64,000 bases of DNA from Balanoglossus misakiensis (Eukaryota; Animalia; Hemichordata). Every line of letters begins with the position of its first letter. The first letter of the stretch is position 1. The stretch lies in contig CM082586.2 of NCBI GenBank assembly GCA_040954595.2, positions 11,749,337 to 11,813,336 of the forward strand. Reading direction: 5' to 3'. The notes beneath the pieces were generated by a model. That model ran no database searches and was not told the origin of the DNA. It worked only from the letters and a program-made list of their open reading frames with translations. Shown piece after piece: positions 1 through 11,200 of this stretch. The translations under genes and the position numbers were made by a program.

Positions 1-489
1 TGGAGTATAGAATGCTCTTCGTATGTATATATCGATACAAATTCCACAAAAGACCGTTTAATTTGGCTCACTGCAGACAAAATTGCGGTTTACCAAATTT
101 TCCTTGAAAATGTCATTTTTAGAAAAAAAAATAAAAAAACCTTTGTTTTTCGAATTTGGTGCCCTGATCATATATGACATGTTGATTGTATGTTAAAACT
201 CTCGACCACTCCAAAAATGGTAAATTTTTGAAAAATCATAAAAAATTAACTCTTTTCTTCATTTTCGGAAATATTATGGAGCATGAAGTGTCGTTCTCTT
301 GTAAAAAGTGCTGCAAATTCCAGAAAAGGCGGTATAATTTGAATCACCCAAGACAAAATTGCAATTTTTGGACTTTTTTTCGAAAAATTGTCTTTTTTAC
401 AAAATAAATAAGAATAAATTCTTTTCTTAGTTTCAAACGGGAAGAGATACTTTCCACACTGGTTTTCTAACATTGAATTCGCGTTCATC

Positions 490-1350
490 AACTCAGATTT
501 CCTACAGCATAAGTCGGCTAAAACCCTGACACTCTAGAGCAGAAACAGTTGCACACTGGTAACGTTGAACAAGTCGATTTTTCTACGGCCTGGCTCGGCT
601 AAATCTCCGTCACAATATGACAGACACTAGCGTACGTTAGCAACGGTGATCAAGTCAGATTTTCTACGGCATGGCTTGGATAAAGCCCCGGCACTCTAGA
701 GCAGAAACACGCGTACAGAGACCACGTTGATCAAGTCTGATCTCCTACGGCTTGGCTCGACTAAAACCCCGGCACACTATGACAGACACTAGCGTTCGTT
801 AGCAACGTTGATCAAGTCAGATTTCCTACGGCATGGCTTGGCTAAAGCCCTGGCACTCTAGAGCAGAAACAAGCGTACAGAGACCACGTTGATCTACTCA
901 CATTTCCTTCGGCCTGGCACGGCTGATGCCCCGGCACTATATATAGGACACAGACTGGCGTAAGTTAACAACGGTAATCACGTCGGGTTTCCTACGGCCT
1001 GGCTCAGCTGAAGCCCCGGCACTCTAGAGCAGAAACAGGCGTACATTGACCACGTTGATCAAGTCAGATTTCCTACGGCGTGACTCGGCTGGTGCACCGG
1101 CTCTATATGACACAGACAGGCGTAAGTTATCAACGGTGATTACGTCGGATTTCCTTCGGCCTGGTTTAGCTGAAGCCCCGGCACTTTAGAGCGGAAACAC
1201 GCGTACTTTGACCACGATGATCAAGTCAGATCTCCTACGGCCTGGCTCGACTAAAACCCCGGCACACCATGACAGACACTAGCGTTCGTTAGCAACGGTG
1301 ATCAAGTCGGATTTCCTTCGGCCTGGCTCTGCAAAAGACCCGACACTCTA
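490..1350. repeat. ~80-bp minisatellite of two alternating monomer types (~160-bp dimer)
   Basis: TTCCTACGGC-like motif at ~581, 663, 743, 823, 905, 990, 1070, 1152, 1232, 1312; monomers alternate TCTAGAGCAGAAAC and TATGACAGACACTAG cores. Confidence 0.85.
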
Positions 1351-2549
1351 GTACAAAGACGTTGGCTAAGTCGGGCAAACCGAACAGGGAAAGTCACAGC
1401 GGGTCAACACTCGACATTTGTTCCGGGAGGACTGCATTATTGCCTGTCAATTTATAGAGAAAGCCCGAATTTAACCAGGGCGTTTCAAACACCGACGTTA
1501 GTTGGGGGCACGGCCTGCAGTACTGCCGGGTAAGCTGACATCAGCGTACCGCATATAATGTAGGGGGGGGGGGGGAACAGAACGGTTAAATACTACATTT
1601 ATCAGATATCAGCTAATTTTGAACAATCATCTAAAATGTAAATCATCTTTTCATATTTGGATATCTGATGATGATGTATGACATTTCCATTATATGTAAA
1701 AATGGTGCTGATTATAAAAATGCACTCTGAATGAGCTGATTTAATGCAAAATTGCGTTTTATTCGTTTTTGCACCAAAAAAGTCATTTTTAGGCAAAACA
1801 TTCTTTATTTTTTTAATTCGGTGACCTGATCATATATAAACAATTGCTTGTATGTTAAAAGTTTTTTTGACTTTTAAAAGCAGTGACACTGGCGGCATTC
1901 AACACGAAAATAACAATTTTAGCCACAATTTGGTCAAAATGGTAAATTTTTGAAAATTACAAAAAATACCTGTTTTCTACATTTTCGGAAATCTGATGGA
2001 GTATAGAATGCTCTTCGTATGTATATATCGATACAAATTCCACAAAAGACCGTCTAATTTGGCTCACTGCAGACAAAATTGCGTTTTACAAAATTTTCCT
2101 TGAAAATGTCATTTTTAGAAAAAAAAATAAAAAAACCTTTTATCTTCGAATTTGGTGCCCTGATCATATATGACATGTTGATTGTATGTTAAAACTTTCG
2201 ACCACTCCAAAAATGCAGAGATATTGACGGAATTCAAGAAATAATAGCCATTTTGGCCATATTTTGACAAAAATGGTAAATTTTTAAAAAAATCATAAAA
2301 AATTAACTCTTTTCTTCATTTTCGGAAATATTATGGAGCATGAAGTGTCGTTCTCTTGTAAAAAGTGCTGCAAATTCCAGAAAAGGCGGTATAATTTGAA
2401 TCACCCAAGACAAAATTACCATTTTCGAATTTTTTTCGAAAAATTGTCTTTTTTACAAAATAAATAAGAATTAATTCTTTTCTTAGTTTCAAACGGGTAG
2501 AGATACTTTCCACACGGGTTTTCTAACATTGAATTCCCGTTCATCAACT

Positions 2550-3171
2550 CAGATTTCCTACAGCATAAGTCGGCTAAAACCCTGAGACTTTAGAGCAGAA
2601 ACAGTTGCACACTGGTAACGTTGAACAAGTCGATTTTTCTACGGCCTGGCTCGGCTAAATCTCCGTCACAATATGACAGACACTATCGTACGTTAGCAAC
2701 GGTGATCAAGTCAGATTTTCTACGGCATGGCTTGGATAAAGCCCCGGCACTCTAGAGCAGAAACACGCGTACAGAGACCACGTTGATCTACTCACATTTC
2801 CTTCGGCCTGACACGGCTGATGCCCCGGCACTATATATAGGACACAGACTGGCGTAAGTTAACAACGGTAATCACGTCGGGTTTCCTACGGCCTGGCTCA
2901 GCTGAAGCCCCGGCGCTCTAGAGCAGAAACAGGCGTACATTGACCACGTTGATCAAGTCAGATTTCCTACGGCGTGACTCGGCTGGTGCACCGGCTCTAT
3001 ATGACACAGACTGGCGTAAGTTATCAACGGTGATTACGTCGGATTTCCTACGGCCTGGTTTAGCTGAAGCCCCGGCACTTTAGAGCGGAAACACGCGTAC
3101 ATTGACCACGATGATCAAGTCAGATCTCCTACGGCCTGGCTCGACTAAAACCCCGGCACACCATGACAGAC
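2550..3171. repeat. Second copy of the ~80-bp minisatellite, truncated by insertion
   Basis: Same monomers as 490-1350; ends at GACAGAC where copy 1 continues ACTAGCGTTCG. Confidence 0.85.
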
Positions 3172-3373
3172 TATGGAAAGCCGTTGGGGACCCCCGACAA
3201 TTCTCTCAATACATGGGTAAAGTCCATAGACAAATGATAGGAACGCATATGCTGAAAATATGACGCACATTGGGTGCCGACGCCATAATCTAAAATGCCG
3301 GTAACAACCAAATTTTTGCCGACACCTTTACTCAATCTACCGGCGCCGACAAAATCACAACCGGTGATTTGAT

Positions 3374-3765
3374 GAGTTCTCGCATCGGCGTTTCTACAGA
3401 GTTGTCGCATCGGCGTTTCAGCTAGAGTTTTCTCGCATCGGCGTTTCTGGAGAGTTTTCTCGCACCGGCATTCTACACATGCGCATTGGCGTTTCAGCTA
3501 AAAAGTTTTCTCGCATCGGCGTTTCTGGAGAGTTTTGTCGCACCGGCATTCTACACATGCGCATTGGCGTTTCAGCTAAAGAGTTTTCTCGCATCGGCGT
3601 TTCTGGAGAGTTTTGTCGCGCCGGCATTCTACACATGCGCATTGGCGTTTCAGCTAAAGAGTTTTCTCGCATCGGCGTTTCTGGAGAGTTTTGTCGCGCC
3701 GGCATTCTACACATGCGCATTGGCGTTTCAGCTAAAGAGTTTTCCCGCATCGGCGTTTTCTCTGA
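3374..3765. repeat. 78-bp subterminal tandem repeat (~4.5 copies, each of three ~26-bp subunits)
   Basis: (G/A)AGTTTTCTCGCATCGGCGTTT-like motif at 3425, 3503, 3581, 3659, 3737; produces the 26-aa periodic spurious ORFs. Confidence 0.95.
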
Positions 3766-3769
3766 TTTT

Positions 3770-3832
3770 CTGAGCATGCGCAGTCACCACTGCAAACAGA
3801 ACTTGTGGAGCGAAGTTGTAGTGAAGGTAAGA
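3770..3832 (+). promoter_or_regulatory. Putative inward promoter and non-coding first exon
   Basis: GCATGCGCAG (NRF1-like) at ~3774; AAG|GTAAGA donor at 3826/3827; acceptor TTGCAG ending 5124 just before ATG 5130; YY1-like AATATGGCG at ~4022. Confidence 0.4.
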
Positions 3833-5129
3833 AAAGTTATGTTCGTTTGTCAAGTCTTTTCCGCTAGTTTCCTGCGAATCCACTGTCTCGTCTGTGTTAT
3901 CTTTTTTAATTTACTGTTTCCTAAACTCTTTTCGTGAACAAATTCTCTGGTTAGTTTACGTATTTCAGCCGATCATCCACAGAGAAAGTTCTCAACTTGA
4001 AATGATTGCTATTGATATGCTAATATGGCGCTCGCACGAAGTTAACTGAATGTCCATTTTGGGTGAGGGTCAGAGTTCGCTGGCTGGCTGTGTGGAAATC
4101 TTACTGGTACTCCTTGGAAAAGTGGCTGCAATTTGTAAACGGACAAAAAATTTTGTTCAGGAATTTAGTTTGGGAACAGAAAATAGTCAGTTCAGGGAGG
4201 TATAGGTCATTTTTTACTGTTCAAATGTTAACCCAAGTTGGGTTCCTGTTGGGAGTCCATAGCTGTTTGTTTTATGAGCCTACAGATAGTGAAACTGATA
4301 GTGACACAGCTGAAAAAACATGGGTTGATTACATTATTGGTTGGTTTCTATGGACACCTGCATTTCAATTAGATGTGGTGTTCTTGTTTTCATGTATAAT
4401 GTTTGCACCTAAAGTGGTAAATTTAGGAACAAGTCTGCAGACCTTTTTCAGCAACAGTCAAAACGCAACTGTGTCATAATAATGCACTGGAATATGTTGA
4501 AAAGCTGAAAAAAAGAGAGTTCAACATAATTTAGAAAAGAACAAAAAGAAATGTAACAGATGATATACACTGTCATGGAATCTCCATGAATTTGATTGAA
4601 CTCTTTATTTGAACTTTGACTTTTCTTTCTAATGACATTCATGTAAATTTACATGATTTATTCCGATTTACCAACCAATTTATAAACTGTAATTTTTTTC
4701 ACTATAATGCCCCAATTTCGACTATGATATTTCACATTTGAATAAGGTATGATAAAATAAACAACTTTTGACAGTTAAGTTTACTACAGAAATTAAAAGA
4801 AACTTCATCAAGAAGTCGCCAGATTTCATAACCGTTCATAGATTTCTGTCTGGGACAAATATAACCCAATTTGTTTCCATGTTTATTTGTTTTTCTAGTT
4901 TTGATGCAATAAGCCTGTTGTATATGTAATACTTGTCTGTGCATTTTTTGAGAACAATTAGAATTTCCTACCAAAATGGTAATAAACTGATAAAATGAAC
5001 AATCTAACAATTCAGATATTTTCCAATATAATTAGGATACAGTTAGGCCCTGAGCTATTCAGTTTGTGTCGATATACAACTAAACTGATACAATACTGGT
5101 GTTATACCTTTGTTACACTTGCAGACATC

Positions 5130-6416
5130 ATGTTACTGGCCCAAAAATTGCAAACTTGATATAGAAACCAAGAGACTGTAGCAAATGATGTCATCCTTCG
5201 CTTCAGAGATGGTCAGACGAGAAGGGCCCATTCATTGGTGTTGTGTCTTTTTTCGGATGTGTTTGCCGCCCGTTTGCATTCGGAATGATCCAACGACAAA
5301 ACCATTGATTGTTCTGACTTTGATCCCTTACTCATGCAAAATGTCATTGATGATTTTTATTTTGAAAAGTTAAATATTACAAGTGAAAATGTTGAAGATT
5401 ATGTGGAGATATGTAACTTTTACATGATAAATTCTTTAAAAGAGAAATGTGAATCATTTTTAATTTCCAACATTGTAACTTCCCGCAGTATTAGAGACCT
5501 TGTATTTTGTCAGAAATACCAGTTAGATAGTACTTTTGAACACTGTCTGTCAATAATTGATCAGAATGGTGTTAAACTGTTTAATTCTGAGCAAGTTTTG
5601 GAAGATTTTCTTCAACTTCCTGAAAGCATAGTTGTAAAAATAATTCAGCGTCAGACGCTTTCGGTAAAGGAAGACACACTTTTGAATGCATTGTTTTTAT
5701 GGGTGGAAAGGAAACTTCAGGGTGTCAATGGCAATGATATGGATGCCCCCTTTTGTTTTGAGCCATTTCTTCCCCACATCCGTTTCTTGTCGTTAAGTGA
5801 AGAAAGTATTCATCGACTAATTTCTGAACAAATTTTGTGTTATGAAGATGTCTTCCAGATATTAAAAGCAGTTCGACATCCTGGATGCAATTTTCCTGTT
5901 CCTGGTTATGTGGATGTAATCACAAGAAATGTGGTTCCAAATAATGCCATTGTGGCGCGGCGTTTCATCAATGAAAAAAATCCAAACACATGGAAAGGAA
6001 ACCAATTTGAGGGTGACAGGATTTCCTTTTCAGTGGATGTTCCTGTCTCACTGCTAGGTGTTTATGTGTTTGGAAATACAGATGAAAGTGTCCATGCTCA
6101 TGTCACAATATTAAATCATCAACAAGCTGTTGTGTACAATACAGAAGCCTCAAACACTTCCCCCCAGATTACCTTTCCTGTTGTCTTCAGTAAGCTGATT
6201 AAAATCCAACCCAATGTAGATTATTCAGTTGTCTGTCAAATCAGAGGAAATAAAGAAACATCATTCGGGTCATGTGGGATCTCTCGGCGAAGAATCACAA
6301 CATTAAAAAGTACTGATTTCTGGGTGACATTTAAAAATTTCAGTATGCAAGGTCTGAGCAATGGCACAGATGTCAGTCAGGGGCAAATCTCATCACTAAT
6401 ATTATTTGATATATAA
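5130..6416 (+). pseudogene. Intronless BTB/POZ-BACK-PHR protein (BTBD1/2/3/6-like Cul3 adaptor) with two in-frame TGA stops in the N-terminal BTB region
   Basis: ATG 5130 is in frame with ORF 5334-6416; reads MLLAQKLQT*YRNQETVANDVILRFRDGQTRRAHSLVLCLFSDVFAARLHSE*; BACK motif FLQLP..L.VKEDTLLNALFLWV..LPHIRF; PHR motifs DRISFSVD..LLGVYVFG and SNGTDVSQGQI; stops at 5157 and 5286; AATAAA immediately after the stop. Confidence 0.85.
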
Positions 6417-6521
6417 ATAAAGGTGTTGTTTGGCAGGACATGGTGTATTGGTTTCTGGCACCCATCTTGACTGAAAGAATTTTGATGAAATCAATTTGTA
6501 ATTCTTGAGGGATGATATGTG

Positions 6522-7160
6522 TTTTACCAGGTCCCATTTGGTATATGCATATATACCATTGGAACCTTATGGGATTGGTTGCGTCTGTAATAGTATTTAT
6601 CAGAAATTTCATTTGAGGGTGTGCATCAGATGTAGTTTCCTTGATTTTGTTTTTCAAATCAAGGGGAAGAAATCAATTGTATATTTTTGGGATGATTTAG
6701 GACATTCTTGGTCAAAAAATATTTCTCAAAAGCCTCTACCCTGATTGCTTTGAAATTTGCAGACCCTTTAATGAAAGTGTAGATTTCGTATTCTTGTGGC
6801 TGTTTTTTCCATTTTTGGTACAAAAATCAATTTCTCTGAAACGGGTTGTCCATCCAATTGCTTTGCAATTTACTAAATGTAGTTTCCTTTGGGGATTGTT
6901 ATTATGATATATCAAAATTATAGTGAAAATGAAAATCTTGTATTTTTGTATTATGTTTTCTAGGTTTCCATGTATTAGTTGATATCAGAAAGTTTTCAAT
7001 TGATTTCTGTAAAATTTGAGTTGTGAGTCAACGGGATGTGCTCCTTTATAATTATAATGGGATCAAATCAAAGTAAAATTTGAATTGTTGTATTTTATGA
7101 CATTTTGTCTTATACATTTACCACAATTTTTTTTATCTCAAGCAGAAAAATATCCTGAAC
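6522..7160 (+). mobile_element. Degenerate Helentron-associated (HINE/DINE-1-like) non-autonomous element; right boundary approximate
   Basis: 5' end AGGTCCCATTTGGTATA..TATACCATTGGAACCTTATGGGAT is the same hairpin head as the element at ~10057. Confidence 0.45.
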
Positions 7161-8233
7161 ATTGTTCTTTGCAAGTTAGATGAAATCCCCTAATGAGTTT
7201 TTTTACACAGAAAATGTCTACATGTTTATATAACTTAGCCCATCTGTCAAGAGACAGTTCTATTTGCTGTTCTATTTGGTGTGTGCACAGTACACATGCC
7301 ATTGGCAGCTCACGAGTCAGTCAATGGCCAGTCAGTGTTTGCCCGTTGATCTGTGTGTGTGTATTCTGGTGAAAACCTTTCCTTCCGTAATCCTTAAACG
7401 GGACCACACTGTCCTTGACGGTATTTTTCTCTTTGATTCTGAAATTGTCATGATAATTCCAGGCCCTTACACTATAGGCACTTTGCAAATGTTAGCAGCT
7501 GAGTTATCGAACCCTATCAAAATACCTAAACTGTTTCTTTTGCTACTTACAACATATGTCTGTGACAAATACTGCTTCATCATTTTATTATATAAATGCT
7601 CAATTGCAACACTGATTTGAGAGAAATGTATCTTGGCTTATTTTATAGTTCTGTAAATAATTTCCAAGTACATGTAGTACTGTTGACAAAATTTGATTAA
7701 CTACTGCTTTATACTGTCATGGGCACCAACTCCGTCAATTATATGTGATTGAACTGCCAGTATGAACTCTCGTAAACCGCCACATTTCCACTCCACTATG
7801 ACCAATTGATCTGAGTGAAACGGCGTCGCAATGAAATTTGGACTGTCATAAGCCATATATCACATGTAAGCAATATGGATGATTTCAATGCTTCTTTATG
7901 CTTTGTATTGTGTAAAGCTCTGTTGTGTCAGCTAGTTTCTGGTTTGAGTCTAGTCATGGATTTCATTGTCAATACATGATGCGATTGCTGTTATCATAGA
8001 AAATAGAGTTCAAGTCAACAACAGCCTTTAAACATATGCATACTGTGTCTTCTAGCAGAATACTTGGTGTATAAAAGCACTTTTGACAACTTGTATGGCA
8101 TTTATATTCTACTGGGTGTATCAACTAATAGTTTGTTCTATTGGCGGCAGCATGTAGAAATGTTCAGTGTTGCCAGTAGGAGATGAGGTACAACAGATAG
8201 TTATTTTATGTTATGCTTTTAATATCATTTCAG

Positions 8234-11200
8234 ATGTATAAGAGAAAAGAAGACCTGACCAAAGGTAAATGTGAAATGTACTGTAAATGTAGGAAGATTT
8301 TTTCCCTTGGAAATTTTGCACTCGTCAATTTGGATAATTCACAAAAATTGTTTTCTAGAATTCGTATTTTTCAGCACAGTTGCTTTCTCACTGGATGCCT
8401 ATGGAATATCCAACTCATTGAAAAAAGTGCAACTGTTCAAACAATTTAAGTAACACTTAATGTTTTTTATCCCTTGAAAGAGAGTCAAGAAGCATTGGGG
8501 CGACTAGCCGAACAGTTTCAGATGAAAGAGGCTGAAGTAAAATCAAAGAGACTGAAGCGATCTGTTCCAAAGCCACCAGAACAACAGGTAGGAATTGCAA
8601 TCCAAATGATACATACATGAAGAAAGATAAGAACTGCCTTTCTTGAAGTATTTTGGGAAGTTTTTAGTCCCCCCCCCCCCACCACTAACCTTTTTGTATT
8701 TTGTCTACACTTTTGTTTTCTTTCCATTCTACACCCAATAGCATGATGAATTGCCCAGTACATGTATTTAATTTCTCATCATCTAATTTACAGACAAGGT
8801 AAACATTCTAGACACTGGTAATTTCATCATGCTTTAGGGAATAGAATAGAAGTGTAGAGTATACATACACAGGAAAGTATAGACCAAGGTTATGTACAGT
8901 TCAGCCTTTAAGCATTATACGTAATTGCTAGGAGTTATAACACATGTTTTCTTCATATCCATGCAATGTACAAGTCTTTTCCTTGTTAGTTATTTCCTGA
9001 TTTTATGAAAATTTAAGTTTATATTCATGCCATTTTACATACATTTATTAAAATTTTGATGTTTACCCTATTTTGTAACATTTTCATTCAGGTGTTAAAT
9101 GTTACACCACTGATAAAAGACAGTAAAGGAGTTCTAAAGAAAATGGGGGCAGTACTACCATCAGCTGTCGGCAGAAAAAGTCAGGTGGCCATTACCGTGG
9201 ACAGTGGCTCAAATGCCATGCACTGGGCCCAGAGTGTATCGGCACACTTCATCGACGTGGATTTTGTACCTTATGAGATGAATGACATAGGAGTGTTCAT
9301 AAGGATGAAGGACCCAATGAATTTCCAATTAAAAGACCTGAAGGCAAAATACAAAAGTATGAAGGCGAAGACAGACAAGTTGCCAGTCTTCATGTTTGCA
9401 GTTGGGCAGAGTGAGTAAATCATGTCTATTTACATTGTCACAAGTTGTGTCAAGTATTTAACTGGATAAATTGAAAGGTTGTTTTTTTTCTTTGTGCCCG
9501 TTTTGTGTTGGATTATCCAGGTTAAAAAGTCATGGTAGTTTTTTATTATTCACTTGCTTCTTTTTAAACAAAAACAGACAAAAATAGAAGTGGCAGAACT
9601 TGTTTTGTTGGAAGAAAAGCGCCATTTCTGTCATTGTCACATGACTGGGCAGACCCCATTATCCAGTGGGTATCATTGGCATGGTGGACTTTATGGTTGG
9701 TATATTCATGCTATCATGCAATTATGCAAAGCCTGGCATGAACATAACAAATTCAACAAATGCCATTTTAGACATGTATTTGCAAAATTGCAGGATAGTG
9801 GTACCTGTCTGGTCATGTGACAATGGCCCAAGTATGGGCACTTTTATTCCAACAATGCTACCTCCAAGTTCCACCACTTTGATTGTGTAAGTGCACAGGT
9901 GCATTATACTTGATTAACTTGATTATCTGACTCAAAGGTTGCACTAAAAAAGTTTCAGCCTTGTCTATCAGTGACCCCTTAAGGCAAAGTCTCTCTCTGC
10001 TTCTTGCTGCTTTTTTACATTAATTATGTTTGATACAAGATATTGTTTGTGTTATTAGGTCCCATTGGTATAGGCCTATATACCATGGGACCTTATGGGA
10101 TGGGTTGTGTCTGTATGGATGTATGTATGTATGTCTGTATGTCCGTCCACATCAAAAACTTGAAAACCGCTGCGCGTATCACCTTGATATTTGGTGTGCA
10201 GATGCAGGCAGGGCTGTAGATGGGAGTTTGTCCAAACGAAGTTGCCAGGCCCAAAAATATGCAAATGAGCCAGTAAAATGTGAAATTTATCAAAACTCTG
10301 AAAGTCAACAACTACTGCTCAGATTGCTTTAAAAATTGGTATGCATGTACCTTATGTCAACCTCACATCGACCTGTAAGTGTTAAGTTAATATCATGGAT
10401 GTTTTATTTTTTATGAATTTTTTAGTCTTTTTATTAAATTTATACCTTTACTTATACCTCTATGGTTAAGCTATGTCCACGTCTTATTGTGGAGTTCTGG
10501 TCTGTGCAATAGTCCTGTACAGTGACTGTCTATTGGTCAGTGAGCACAATGGGGCCAAAATAAAAGGCAAATTTTTGGGCTCACCTGTAACACCTGCTTA
10601 ACACATTAATTATGTGCATACCTAATTCCAGGCTAACCAATAAGGCTATAGGTTTGGTTTTTATTGAACATGGACCAGTATAAGGTCAAAATTTCTTGCC
10701 CAAATTTTGCATGACCTCAGGTGACCTTTGACCTACTTTATCATATCTTGGCATCCAGAGCAGGTAGAGACTTCGCGTTTGGAGGGTTGGGACTAAAATT
10801 GAAAAGCCAAAATTGGGGGTCACCTGTGACACTTGCATATCTCATTAATTATGTGCATACCTAATTCCAGGCTAACCAATAGGGCTATAGGTTTGGTTTT
10901 TGTTGAACATGGACCAGTATAGGGTCAAAATTTTATGCCCAAATTTTGCATGACCTCAGGTGACCTTTGACCTACTTTTCCATATCTTGGCATCCAGAGC
11001 AGATGTGCTTATTGCTATGTTGCTATGTTTTTACATGTAGACATACAGCGAATCAACATTCGACCACACACAACTTCCATTTCACTTGTATGATGATATG
11101 AGAATAAAAACTCGCCCCAAATGAAAAAAATGGTAGAGGAATATTATTCATTTTGGCGATTTTTTTTCACTCATGTCTTCAAGCCAAATGGAAGGTGTGT

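Larger units (their letters stand above)
1..3171. repeat. ~2-kb tandem duplication (AT-rich block + GC-richer ~80-bp subrepeat block), second copy interrupted at 3172
   Basis: TGGAGTATAGAATGCTCTTCG at 1 recurs at 1997 and the copies stay colinear with indels; copy 1 lacks a ~57-bp piece at CAAAAATG microhomology; copy 2 stops after ...CCATGACAGAC. Confidence 0.9.

Noticed and set aside
3418-3937. Three overlapping periodic ORFs
   Set aside because: The 78-bp repeat is a multiple of 3, which keeps frames open on both strands; no coding evidence
4063-4479. 138-aa ORF
   Set aside because: GTG start, no domain, and lies within the inferred first intron of the BTB gene
5157-5288. TGA recoding (selenocysteine or alternative genetic code) in the BTB gene
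   Set aside because: Positions fit Leu/Trp-type residues that mutate to TGA by one change; neighbouring genes use TGA as a normal stop and also carry other lesions, so decay is simpler
8375-8449. Possible extra exon of the UBX-like gene
   Set aside because: Flanked by AG/GT, but its phase is incompatible with exons 8234-8264 and 8481-8587 and it introduces a stop
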